Source: Deltaproteobacteria bacterium
Lineage (GTDB): Bacteria; Desulfobacterota; Syntrophia; Syntrophales; UBA2185
Direction of reading: 5' to 3'
DNA: 64,000 nucleotides
Assembly (NCBI GenBank): GCA_026388545.1
Contig: JAPLJS010000070.1
Location: 14,065 to 78,064 of the forward strand
The position numbers were made by a program, and so were the translations under genes. The notes beneath the pieces are model-generated. The model did not search any database and had not been told where the DNA came from. It saw nothing but the letters and a program-made list of their open reading frames with translations. This document shows, in pieces, positions 46,993 through 57,300 of this stretch. Position 1 is the first letter of the stretch, and every line of letters starts with the position of its first letter.

Positions 46993-47970
46993 ATGGCCAT
47001 CATAGAGACCCGTTCCCTTGCGAAAACTTACGGCAGGATACAAGCCGTTCGGGGAATCGACCTGAACATAGAAAGGGGCGAAATATTCGGCCTGCTCGGC
47101 CCCAACGGGGCGGGTAAGACCACTACTATCGGGATGCTCTGCACCATTATCCGTCCGAGTTCGGGTAGCGCCTCAATTGCCGGTCACGACATAGTGAAAG
47201 AACCGGCGGCGGTGAGGCGCAAGGTGGGCATTGTCTTCCAGGATCCCACCATAGATACCCTGCTCACCGGGCGTGAGAACCTCCAACTCCACGCGCGTCT
47301 CTACGGCATCCCTTCCGATGTTCGAGGAAAAAGGATAAATGAGATGCTGGCGCTCGTCGATCTGAAGGATCGCGCTAACGACATCACACGTACCTACTCA
47401 GGCGGTATGCGGCGGCGGCTCGAACTGGCCCGTGGCCTTTTGCACCGGCCTGCGGTTCTCTTCCTCGACGAGCCGACACTGGGCCTCGACCCTCAGACAC
47501 GGGCGCGCACGTGGGACTACATCAAGAAGATGGCCCAAAACGAGCAGACCACCATTGTGCTCACCACCCATTACATGGAGGAGGCGGAACAGGTCTGCAA
47601 CCGGGTGGGCGTCATTGACCGCGGCCAGATAATTGCCCTTGGCGCCCCGGAGGACCTCAAAAAATCGATGGGCGGGTATATGGTTGTTATTCAGGTAAAA
47701 GATCCGCCCCTTGACAGGATACGCGCCCTCCCCTATGTCTCGGAGGTAAAGCTGAACGATGGCCTGGTTGAGATAACCATGAAAGAGGCCCATATCCATC
47801 TGCCCGATCTCCTCTCGAAGGTCCCGAACGTCGAGTGCGTAGAGACAAGGGCGCCCACACTCAACGACGTGTTCATCAAGCTTACGGGGCGGGATATACG
47901 CGAAGAGGACACGGAGGATTCCGGCAGTTGGGTGGATTCCGTGGCACGGTACCGCCAGAGGGGGCAATGA
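46993..47970 (+). CDS. ABC transporter ATP-binding protein (ABC-2/DrrA-like exporter subfamily)
   Basis: Walker A GPNGAGKTT, signature YSGGMRRR and Walker B LFLDEPT. Confidence 0.88.
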   Translation: MAIIETRSLAKTYGRIQAVRGIDLNIERGEIFGLLGPNGAGKTTTIGMLCTIIRPSSGSASIAGHDIVKEPAAVRRKVGIVFQDPTIDTLLTGRENLQLHARLYGIPSDVRGKRINEMLALVDLKDRANDITRTYSGGMRRRLELARGLLHRPAVLFLDEPTLGLDPQTRARTWDYIKKMAQNEQTTIVLTTHYMEEAEQVCNRVGVIDRGQIIALGAPEDLKKSMGGYMVVIQVKDPPLDRIRALPYVSEVKLNDGLVEITMKEAHIHLPDLLSKVPNVECVETRAPTLNDVFIKLTGRDIREEDTEDSGSWVDSVARYRQRGQ

Positions 47971-47973
47971 GGC

Positions 47974-48738
47974 ATGAAAGACGGACGTTTCCGGAAAGAG
48001 CTTCTCGGTGTTTATGCCATCTGGTGGCGTGAAATGAAGGTTTTCCAGCGTGAAAAAAGCCGGGTGGTCTCCAGTATCGTTCAGCCCCTCATGTGGCTCT
48101 TCCTCTTCGGCAGCGGCGTTGGCGCCAGCATCAGCATCGGCGAAGTCAACTACCAGGACTACATATACCCGGGGATACTGTCTATGTCGGTGCTTTTCGG
48201 GTCGGTCTTCTTCGGCCTCTACATTGTCTGGGACCGGAAGCTTGACGTCCTCAAGGCTGTGCTGGTAGCGCCGGTATCGCGCATCAGCATATTCTTCGGG
48301 AAGGTGCTCGGCGGCTGTACCGATGTCACCATCCAGGTGCTCATACTCTTCCTGTTCTCATTCCTGTTCCCTTCCATTAACCCCTGGGGCATCCCCTTGG
48401 CCCTCCTGATACTTTCCATAACTTCTATAGCGATGGTCTCAATGGGCCTCGCCCTCGGCTCCCTTTTCGAGAGCCTTGAGGGCTTTCAGGTCATAGCGAC
48501 ATTCGTCGTCTTCCCGCTCTTCTTCCTGTCCGGAGCGCTCTTCCCCGTCAACGATCGGCTCCCTGCCTGGCTTCATGGGGTAGTAAAGCTGAACCCGCTG
48601 ACCTATACCGTCGACGGAGTCAGGGGCGCCTTGCTCGGGCTGAACACCTTCCCTCTCTACGCCGACCTCAGCGTCATCTCCTTCTTTGCGGTACTGATGG
48701 TACTGGCGGGAAGCGCCCTGTTCAGCCGGATGAAGTGA
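47974..48738 (+). CDS. ABC-2 type transporter permease
   Basis: 6-TM 254-aa protein, 3 nt after the ATPase gene. Confidence 0.8.
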   Translation: MKDGRFRKELLGVYAIWWREMKVFQREKSRVVSSIVQPLMWLFLFGSGVGASISIGEVNYQDYIYPGILSMSVLFGSVFFGLYIVWDRKLDVLKAVLVAPVSRISIFFGKVLGGCTDVTIQVLILFLFSFLFPSINPWGIPLALLILSITSIAMVSMGLALGSLFESLEGFQVIATFVVFPLFFLSGALFPVNDRLPAWLHGVVKLNPLTYTVDGVRGALLGLNTFPLYADLSVISFFAVLMVLAGSALFSRMK

Positions 48739-48794
48739 TTCCCGGATTTTTAGATTTTCCGCCACACATCAGCAAAAGATGTATTGCACGGACT

Positions 48795-49061
48795 TCAGTA
48801 AGCATCCCCACGCGGTGCGATATTGACCACGCCGATGATTTTTGTTTCCTTGATGAGGGCAAAAATGATGCGATAGTTACCGATTCTCAGCCTGTAAAAT
48901 CCGTGGAGATCGCCGGTAAGAGGTTTTACGTTTTCATGAGACAGAGGATTTTCATACCCGGATAGCTTTAATAATTCCTTTTTGACTCGCTCTTTTAAAA
49001 CCCGATCTAACTTATTGAAATAATGCTCGGCCTTTGATGATACCTTAACTGTCCAGTTCAT
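48795..49061 (-). CDS. RelE/ParE-family type II toxin
   Basis: 88 aa. The pattern LTGDLHGFYRLRIGNYRIIF is typical of RelE/StbE toxins. Confidence 0.8.
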   Translation of the reverse strand: MNWTVKVSSKAEHYFNKLDRVLKERVKKELLKLSGYENPLSHENVKPLTGDLHGFYRLRIGNYRIIFALIKETKIIGVVNIAPRGDAY

Positions 49062-49287
49062 TGAGTTGCTTTCCCCCGCCGGCAGCTATCTCTTCGAGAC
49101 CTGATATGCATTCATCGACAAAGCCTGGTATTCTTAAAAGTTCGAGCGTTTCCCGATGCCTTGCGATGTACTCTTCGGCCATCTCCGTAAATATGTCGGC
49201 CAGAGATCGGTTTTCATAACCAGCAATCGCCCGTATGAGTTTCAACTGTTCATCAGGTATTCTAATTGTTGTGGCACTTTTTGTCAT
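49045..49287 (-). CDS. Type II antitoxin (RHH/CopG-like)
   Basis: RBS AGGAGG and ATG 49287. N-terminal beta-strand/helix pattern TIRIPDEQLKLIRAIAGYENRSLADIF. Overlaps the toxin start by 17 nt. Confidence 0.65.
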   Translation of the reverse strand: MTKSATTIRIPDEQLKLIRAIAGYENRSLADIFTEMAEEYIARHRETLELLRIPGFVDECISGLEEIAAGGGKQLNELDS

Positions 49288-49547
49288 ACTTGTCACCTCC
49301 TGTATTTGTAGTATAATATCATAATATTGCAATATCAAGGTATTATAAGCTTAATAAGGATAATTTCATAAAAATGACCTCTTGGCAAGCATAGCAGACG
49401 ACTTACCGATTACTATAATGTTGTATCGTCAAATTTCCGTTGTAAAATAAGATAGTTTTAATTATATTTCCAAAACATAAAAGCAAGGTCTAATCAAATC
49501 GTTTTCTTTGGCTGAAATACCGTGACCTTTGAAAAACACACTCCTCA

Positions 49548-49643
49548 CGTCATTCCGGCGGAAGCCGGAATCCAGACGCCGTCCTCGCGAAAGCGGGGAA
49601 CCACGAAATCATGACTGGATTCCGGGTCAAGCCCGGAATGACG
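49548..49643. repeat. REP/MITE-like palindromic element
   Basis: CGTCATTCCGGCGGAAGCCGGAATCCAG ... CTGGATTCCGGGTCAAGCCCGGAATGACG. These are inverted copies, each itself a hairpin, flanking the hairpin CCTCGC-GAAA-GCGGGG. Confidence 0.6.
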
Positions 49644-49707
49644 AAGGAAGGATTCAATTAGAAATTCAAAGGTCTAATACCAGGATTTGATACGGAATGA
49701 TGCTGTG

Positions 49708-51237
49708 ATGAAGCGAGTGAGCACATTTAATCAGAACAGGTTTTGGGGGGAAACCACCGCTTTTCTGGCCCTTTTTCTCGATAACCTCGGGGTTCTTATT
49801 TTTATGAGCTCCATCCTTATGCTCACATTCAACTATCCCGCGGATATCATAATGACACGCATGATCCCGGGTACGGCCATCGGGGTTTTCTTTGGCGATC
49901 TCGTATATACTTATATGGCCATCCGTCTGCGAAAGAAAACGGGCCGGAACGACGTCACCGCCATGCCGCTGGGTCTCGATACTCCTTCTTCCCTCGGCCT
50001 TGTCTATGCCGTGCTCGGACCCGCCTATATTGCCACACATGACGCGGAACTTACCTGGCACATCGGCATTGCCACCCTCTTTATGATCGGTATCGTTAAG
50101 GTCATAACCTCTTTTTTCGGCGGATGGCTGCAGCGCATCATACCCACAGCCGGGCTCCTGGGGTCACTTGCCGGTGTGGGGCTTTTACTGCTCGGTTTTT
50201 TGCCGCTTATCGAGATATTCAACGAGGTCGTCGTGGGCATGGTGGCCCTGGGGATTATCTTTGCCGTCCTCTTAGGCAAGATGCAGTTTCCCGGTCGCAT
50301 CCCCGGTGTGCTGATCGCGCTGCTTTTGGGCACAGCTATCCATTTTATCCTGGGTTATAGTGGATACATCCCGGAGTTCAAAGCACCATCCTTTGAGATG
50401 TCCCTGTGTATACCGGTTTTTTCCGTCGACTTCCTTAAAACCCTGCCGCAGAGTATCCAGTACCTTCCTATTGCCATCCCCTTCGGCATCATGACCATCA
50501 TCGGGGGGATCAACAATACCGAGAGCGCGCGTCTTGCAGGCGATAAATATCGAACGAGGGATATCCTGTTGACCGAGGCGTTCACCTCTTTGATTGCCGC
50601 ATTCTTCGGCGGCGTTGCACAGACCACACCCTACATCGGCCACCCGGCGTACAAGAAGATGGGCGCCACCTACTGGTACACGCTCTTAACCGCCCTCTTT
50701 ATCGGCATCGCTTCAGTGATCGGCTTACTTTCCCTGATCGTGGGCCTCATCCCCAGAGCCGTGCTGGCTCCCATTTTTATCTTTATCGGTTTTGAAATTG
50801 TCCATCAGGCCTATAAAGAGGCGCCCGAAGCCCATTCGCCCGCCGTGAGCCTGAGCTTTATGCCGGTTATCGCTAACCTCGTGATCATCATTCTCGGCCA
50901 GTTCCTGAGCGCTATGGCCATCACGCCCGACATGCTCCCGCCGCGTTTACAGGTAATGCATCAGTCCCTTACCGTGCTCAGCAACGGCTTTATCCTCACC
51001 GCTCTGCTGTGGGGAAGCATGCTGGCCTTTTTGATCGACCGTAAGCCGCGGCTCGCCTTTCTGTGCACCTTCACCTGCGCCCTGTTAACCCTATTTGGTT
51101 TCATCCATTCAGTGCTGCCCACGGGAGAGGTCTACCTGCCCTGGGGGGTTGCATCCCAGGCTCATTACACCATTGCCCTGGCCTATCTTCTGCTCTCCGG
51201 CGTCTTCCTGACCCTCACCAGGAAAACGTCAGTATAA
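49708..51237 (+). CDS. Polytopic permease, NCS2/AzgA-like (xanthine/uracil/vitamin C permease superfamily)
   Basis: About 12-14 TM segments; size and Gly-rich helices are consistent with AzgA-type purine permeases. The family assignment is tentative. Confidence 0.5.
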   Translation: MKRVSTFNQNRFWGETTAFLALFLDNLGVLIFMSSILMLTFNYPADIIMTRMIPGTAIGVFFGDLVYTYMAIRLRKKTGRNDVTAMPLGLDTPSSLGLVYAVLGPAYIATHDAELTWHIGIATLFMIGIVKVITSFFGGWLQRIIPTAGLLGSLAGVGLLLLGFLPLIEIFNEVVVGMVALGIIFAVLLGKMQFPGRIPGVLIALLLGTAIHFILGYSGYIPEFKAPSFEMSLCIPVFSVDFLKTLPQSIQYLPIAIPFGIMTIIGGINNTESARLAGDKYRTRDILLTEAFTSLIAAFFGGVAQTTPYIGHPAYKKMGATYWYTLLTALFIGIASVIGLLSLIVGLIPRAVLAPIFIFIGFEIVHQAYKEAPEAHSPAVSLSFMPVIANLVIIILGQFLSAMAITPDMLPPRLQVMHQSLTVLSNGFILTALLWGSMLAFLIDRKPRLAFLCTFTCALLTLFGFIHSVLPTGEVYLPWGVASQAHYTIALAYLLLSGVFLTLTRKTSV

Positions 51238-51447
51238 AGACTCAATCCCCCTCCTCTTATCTCATTCAAAATGTAAGTATTATCCTGATGGAATCCTTAT
51301 AAATAATTAGCATTGTGTTTATATTGAAATTGACCTAGTGTAAAAGCTGTAACATATCTCCTCTATTCACATTTAGAAAATATAATCTCACTTCTTTCCT
51401 CAATTCTCACAGTACGTTATAAGATTTCTCCCTAGGGATTGCTGCAT

Positions 51448-52050
51448 ATGTTTTTAAAAAAACTTTTGAAGAGGGATATGATCACCGCGAGAGGTGTGCT
51501 CTTCACGAAAATTGAGCTGCCCGGAAATGACATTGTTGTTCCGTTTATTTGCCGGAAATGCGGTACTTGCTGCATGACCTACATCCCGAGGATGCCGGCG
51601 GAAGATTTAGTGACCATTTCCCGGTATTTAAAATGGTCACCAGAAGATTTGATTAGCCGTCATACAGAAGTTTACCTGAAAAGACTACGAGGCAAGCCGG
51701 AGACCTGCATATTCCTCAACGATGAAAAACTCTGCAGGATTTATAAACACCCCCTCCGTCCCGACGTTTGCCGGCTCTATCCTTTTTCCTTTGGTGGTAC
51801 GGACGCTGATTGCTCGGCGTATCGTGAGCATACCCGGGTTGCTGAGATCCTCCTGATGAACGAAAAGTCTTTTGAGATTTATGATGCAAGTTTCTGTCCC
51901 AATCGGGATGTCCGATTAATCCCTGACTCGAAATGGCCGGAAATCTTTCGGAAATTGAGACTATCAAATGCGTCAAGAGAGATGGTAAGAAAGTTTTTAA
52001 TTATGAACGATGCACCTCTCAGTTTCGTGATTAGGTATTCGGTGCATTGA
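51448..52050 (+). CDS. YkgJ-family cysteine-cluster protein (UPF0153)
   Basis: CRKCGTCC motif near the N-terminus, then CIFL...CRIY...RPDVCRLYP. Confidence 0.6.
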   Translation: MFLKKLLKRDMITARGVLFTKIELPGNDIVVPFICRKCGTCCMTYIPRMPAEDLVTISRYLKWSPEDLISRHTEVYLKRLRGKPETCIFLNDEKLCRIYKHPLRPDVCRLYPFSFGGTDADCSAYREHTRVAEILLMNEKSFEIYDASFCPNRDVRLIPDSKWPEIFRKLRLSNASREMVRKFLIMNDAPLSFVIRYSVH

Positions 52051-52253
52051 AGACAGGAAAAACAAACAGATAATGACCTTATGACTATCAACTGTCAATC
52101 ATCATTTTGTTACGTACAGCAAGTCATATTCAGCAAAAAAGATATGGGATAAATAGATATTGGCAAATTAACTGGTATGGTATCCCCGGATTTGTCCCCA
52201 GATTTTGTAGGTTTTGTCAGATTTTTGAAGGCGCTGATTGAGGATGCATCACA

Positions 52254-52757
52254 ATGAATAAGACGTCAAAATCTTCACCTCCTGTGGTCTTTCCCTCTCA
52301 AACGGGTAAGGAATCCCAAACAAAATATGAACCCACTCGTCCCCGTGGCGGTTCATCGTGGCCCGTCGTTGCTGCCGTTATCCTTACGGTGATCTTCGTT
52401 ATCTACGGCATTGTTTATTATGTGATGAATTCTGAACCTTACAAACTCTCAGAGTCTTTCATCCGCCAGAATCAGGCAATCAAGGCTGAGATCGGAGAGG
52501 TGGACAAATGCGATCCGTGGTTCCCTATAGAAATGCCTCCCATCGGCCGCGAAGAGAATGCCATGTTCACCTTTGACGTCATTGGAAAAAGCAAACAGAT
52601 AACAGAAGTTTCCGTGTATCTGCAAAAAAGACAGAATCGGTGGCGTATCGTTTCTGCCTACTACAAAGACCGCCAGGGGTTTACGAAGCCTCTCATGGAG
52701 GAAAGTCGTTCTCCCACAGAGAAATCCTTAGGATCTCCCGGCGCTGTCAATAAATGA
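52254..52757 (+). CDS. Membrane-anchored hypothetical protein (possibly Coa1-like)
   Basis: A single TM helix followed by a domain of about 100 aa; RBS GAGGA. Confidence 0.4.
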   Translation: MNKTSKSSPPVVFPSQTGKESQTKYEPTRPRGGSSWPVVAAVILTVIFVIYGIVYYVMNSEPYKLSESFIRQNQAIKAEIGEVDKCDPWFPIEMPPIGREENAMFTFDVIGKSKQITEVSVYLQKRQNRWRIVSAYYKDRQGFTKPLMEESRSPTEKSLGSPGAVNK

Positions 52758-53132
52758 AAAGCTGTTACGAAAGCCCCAAAAGCGGCTTTTTTAGAAATCT
52801 CGTTTCATCATCGCATGATACAGCCCCAAAGAATTCATGAATTGAACCATTAACCCATCAGGGGCGGTCGCTATATCCATTACTGGCGCCACATATCCCT
52901 GTTCATTTCCGTTACCTGCCATTCCGCATCCCTTCAGCGTCACCTGCCGAAACGTGTCCCAAAATCCCTCTATCAATATCGAAGTGAATCAGTGACGCTA
53001 AGAAAACGTCACACATGGTGGCTCATGAAGGGTCATCGCCAATATTTTTTACTTTTCGTAATATATCGGCTGTCAAGATTAGTAGGTTCACAAGAGCTTG
53101 GCTATATTAATATTTGATCAAGACCAGTCTTA

Positions 53133-53197
53133 CTGATAGCAAATACAACTGTTCACATTTGGTTATCGGAGCAGCTTATTGACTTCGGGATGAAAGC
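53133..53197 (+). repeat. F-family repeat, copy F1
   Basis: CTGATAGCAAATACAACTGTTCACATTTGGTTATCGGAGCAGCTTATTGACTTCGGGATGAAAGC aligns with 63780..63844. Confidence 0.6.
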
Positions 53198-53350
53198 TAC
53201 AACGACCGCGCAGCTCTTTTTTGTACCTACAATATTTGAGTATATCTTCCTGAAATCAAGCATAAGCTGAATTTGATGCGGCTACATTCTTTCAATTGGA
53301 AATCAATGGCGATCACCCACGTCCATCTCCACATATTGTGGACAGTTTTA

Positions 53351-53379
53351 TTGACAAACAGTAACGATTTCTCTATACT
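53351..53379 (+). promoter_or_regulatory. Sigma-70-type promoter upstream of the ankyrin gene
   Basis: TTGACA-N17-TATACT. Confidence 0.6.
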
Positions 53380-53429
53380 TCTCTATTAAAAAAGCAAGTT
53401 CCTGTCAATAATAAAAGGTAGGTCGTTCC

Positions 53430-54158
53430 GTGAAGACAACCTTCGGCATGAGCGTATGGATCATTTGTCTTACCATCTTAATAGCTTGTAGCCACGGGGA
53501 AAATCGCATTGGCAAGATGACATTGCACTATGCGGTAACCCAAAGTAACAATGACGTGGTTGAGCTGTTGCTGATAAAAGGTGCCGATGTGAATGCAAAA
53601 GATGGTGAAGCATTACAGACACCATTGCATTATGCCGCATTTCAGGATAACAAGGATATTGTTCATCTGCTGATTGCCAAAGGTGCTGAAATTAACGCAA
53701 AGGACTACTCTGGAGCTACGCCATTGTATTATGCCGCATACAATAATAAAAGAGAAATTGCTGATATATTGATTGAAAAGGGCGCCCATGTGAACGCGGA
53801 AACTGATGGAGGACATACGCCATTAGAAGCTGCAGTAACTCGAAATAACAAGGATGTCGTTATTCTGTTGATTGAAAAGGGGGCCAATGTAAACGTAAGT
53901 AATTTTGGAACATCGCCATTACATGAAGCAGTACGTCAGAATAACATGGCTATTGTTGAGTTGTTGCTTGCAAAAGGTGCATATGTAAATTTACAGGAAC
54001 CCGGAGGAATGACGCCGTTGCATTATGCAGTTTCAAAATGCAGAGAAGATATTGCCAGATTGCTCATTGCAAAAGGTGCCGATGTTAAACTGAAAAATAA
54101 AAACAATAGAACCGCAATGGATTATATAACTGGATGTGGTCCCTCTTTTTTGAAATAA
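53430..54158 (+). CDS. Ankyrin-repeat lipoprotein
   Basis: Lipobox LIACS and about 6 ANK repeats (TPLHYAA...G.DVNAKD). Confidence 0.85.
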   Translation: MKTTFGMSVWIICLTILIACSHGENRIGKMTLHYAVTQSNNDVVELLLIKGADVNAKDGEALQTPLHYAAFQDNKDIVHLLIAKGAEINAKDYSGATPLYYAAYNNKREIADILIEKGAHVNAETDGGHTPLEAAVTRNNKDVVILLIEKGANVNVSNFGTSPLHEAVRQNNMAIVELLLAKGAYVNLQEPGGMTPLHYAVSKCREDIARLLIAKGADVKLKNKNNRTAMDYITGCGPSFLK

Positions 54159-54399
54159 GATTCATCCGGGTTTTGCATACTTGCGAAAAAAGTCTTTCTT
54201 CCTGCTATACGTAACACTCCTTCCTGTAAGTCTTAGACATCCGATTTTTGCTTTCATAGTAGATTTCGAATGCAAATGATGATATTAAAAAATGCATCGG
54301 AATGATCATCCAAACTCAGCAGAGTTCCCCCCTTTTTCCATTATTGGCTTTGGTTGAAACTTTTAATCGGGATTAAAGTTCAATACCAGGAGAAGCGAG

Positions 54400-57300
54400 A
54401 TGATGAGAAAGAAAAACCGTCCATCGACGAAAAACTCCCGGAAATCGGATGCATTCGCATTTATCGGATTACTGGTGATACTGGCGCTGCTCCTAACCGG
54501 CGCGGCAATGGCGGGCTCGCTTCCCCAGGTAAGGCCGAATCTTACCTCCCTTGAACTGTCGCGACCGCCGACGGACGAGGAACTGATGGCGGCGGGGCAG
54601 TTGGGCGGCCAGCTCTTCCCCACGGCGGACCTGGCCACGGAAGAGGGGGTTCCGGCCCGTTCGGCCAGGAGAGGCGCCTTGTCGCGCCGGGTGACTCAGG
54701 CCCTTAAGGATCATCATCACCGTATCAATCTATCCTTCGGCAAGGCGATCCAGGAGTGGAACAGTCACCACTACGTCAAGGCGGTGGAGATGCTCAAGAG
54801 CCATATCGCCGAATATCCCGACAGCCCCTGGGCTTCCGAGGCTCTCCTTCACCTCGGCTGCGACGCTTTCTACCACAAGCGCTCCACGGAGGCGGAAGAT
54901 TATTTCCGAACCATCATCGAACGGAACAAAAATAACCCCCACGTGGGAGCGAAAATCCTTATCAACAAAGCGAGGCTCCGCCTGGGAGTGCTCAAGGCGG
55001 CACGGAACAACACCACCGAGGCTGCCAAACTGTTCGCGCTCCTTGTCCGCGAGGGGACCGACTGGCGGGAGAAAACATACGCCAGCCAGTGGCTGCAGCG
55101 GCTGGCGACGATCAGAAACGCCGGGACCAGATCTCTTTCGTGCGGCGCACAGGCGCTCTCATATTTCTTCAAGGCGTCCGGGATCAAAGAGGCTGATGAT
55201 GATCTGGAAAAAAAGAGACCGGAGACAACGAGCGGCTTCAGCTTCGCAGACCTGACCGCGTTGGCGGCGGAGCAGGGAACGACCCTGGCAGCCCTGCGCC
55301 TGACCCCTGAAGATCTGCCTCGTCTCAAACTGCCAGCTCTGGTCCACATCGCCGGGCGCGACCCAGGCGACAGCGGCCACTACTGGGTTCTGGAGCGGAT
55401 CGATGGAGATCGCCTCTCCCTGTTCGATCCCCAGGCTGAGAACTACTTCGTCCAGACCACAGCGGAGTTTGCCGCCGAGTGGAGCGGCGCCACCCTCGTC
55501 AGAGAGAATAAGGACCAGCCGCTTGCGGGAGTTCGTCTGGCAAAGGCTGAACTGACCGGGATCGTCGGCGGCTGCTGCGGAGTTCCAAGGGGGGAGAGCG
55601 GCCTGGGGGGTGAGAGAGAGGAGGAAGGGCTTAGAGTAATTGGGTGGCAGCAGGGTAGAAAGGCTGCTGAGGATTGTTGTAATACCGAGTCCCCCCGTGG
55701 CGCCCCCGGCTGGCGGATTAACCCGGTGAACATGAACCTCTTCGTCCAGGACGTTCCGCTCTCATACTGGCCGACGGTAGGGCCGCCGGTGAAGATCGCC
55801 CTCTCCTACAATTCCCAGTCGGCCATTGCCATCCACGAGCCGTTCGGGGCGAAATGGCAGTTCAATTACGGCTCCTACCTGGTGATGGATACCAACGGCG
55901 AGGTGACCGTCTTCATGCCCGACGGCCGGCGGGATGTATACGCGCCTCAACCGTCCGGCGGCTACATCTCTCCGTACAAGGTCCACAATACCCTGGTGAA
56001 GCTTGCAGAAAACCGGTTCGAACTTCGCTTCCCCCACGGTACTGTATATCTCTATGATATTCCCGCCGGCACCGGTTCACTCCAGCCTTTCCTGACGGAG
56101 ATCCGCGATCCATACGGGCAGAAGCTCACCATCGGCTACGACTCACAGGTGCGGCTCGCCACTATCACCGATGCGGATGGGAAAATCACCACGTTAAGCT
56201 ATGACGGCAGCAACCTGATAACCAAAGTGACGGACCCCTTCGGACGCTCCGCCGCCTTTGAATATGGCACAGACAATACCCTTGCCAAGATCACCGACAT
56301 GGGAGGATATGCCTCCACCCTTACCTACGACGCCGTTGTCAGCCTGACTTCGATCGGGGTCGGCGCTAATAGCTGGCAGTTCGATATTGAACCGGCGGAC
56401 GGGATTGGCAACGGCGCCGACCCTTATCCGCCACCCGGCGGGGTGATGTGGGAGAATTATCGGATTACCGTAACAAATCCTATGAGTGGAAAGGAGGAAT
56501 TCTACTACGACGGCTACTCCTCTACCGGCTGGCATGTGCAGCCACGGGACTACGTGGAGTATTACCCCGGCTACGACGGCGCGGACACCCCGAAGACCGA
56601 GATCCGGTTCATGACCACTACGGGTCTGCGGGCTGAAGTGTATCGCATCGTGACCCCTGCGGGTGATTCGTATGTTTACGACTACAACGTGGCCACCGGC
56701 GACCTCCTGTCAAACTGGGACGGCACTACCTACACTCGGAACAGCCAGGGGATGCCCACGTCCGTCACCGACCCGCTGGGGACGGTCACGACTGCAACAT
56801 ATGCGCCCAACGGGGTCGACATGACCGGCATCACAAACGGGCTCGGTACTGTAAGCCTCACGTACAACGGCAACCACGACCAGATCTCCGTCACTGACCG
56901 GCTTGGGCACAAGACCAGCTATACATATAACGCCATGGGGCAACCCACCGGCATCACCGACCCCCTCGGCACGGTAACCTCTTATGTGTACGACGCCAAC
57001 CGGCGTCTGGTCAGTATAACCACCGACGGCATCACGACCGACACGCTGACCTATGACACATTCGGCAGGGTGCGCACCCTCACCGATCGGACAGGGATAA
57101 CCCGCACCTATGACTACAACAACCTCGACGATGTGACCAGGAAAACCTATCCCGACGGCACCTTCATAAGCGTTGCCTATTCACCCGATACTCCCCACCT
57201 GGTCACCGCCGTCACCGACCGGGCGGGCGCGACCATCGCCTATGGCTATGACGGACTGAACCGGCTCATCCGGGAGACCCTGCCCGACGGCGGGACGGTC

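Noticed and set aside
52791-52976. 61-aa minus-strand ORF
   Set aside because: It is the only ORF in this gap, but it has no RBS or recognisable motif. The support is too weak to call it a gene.
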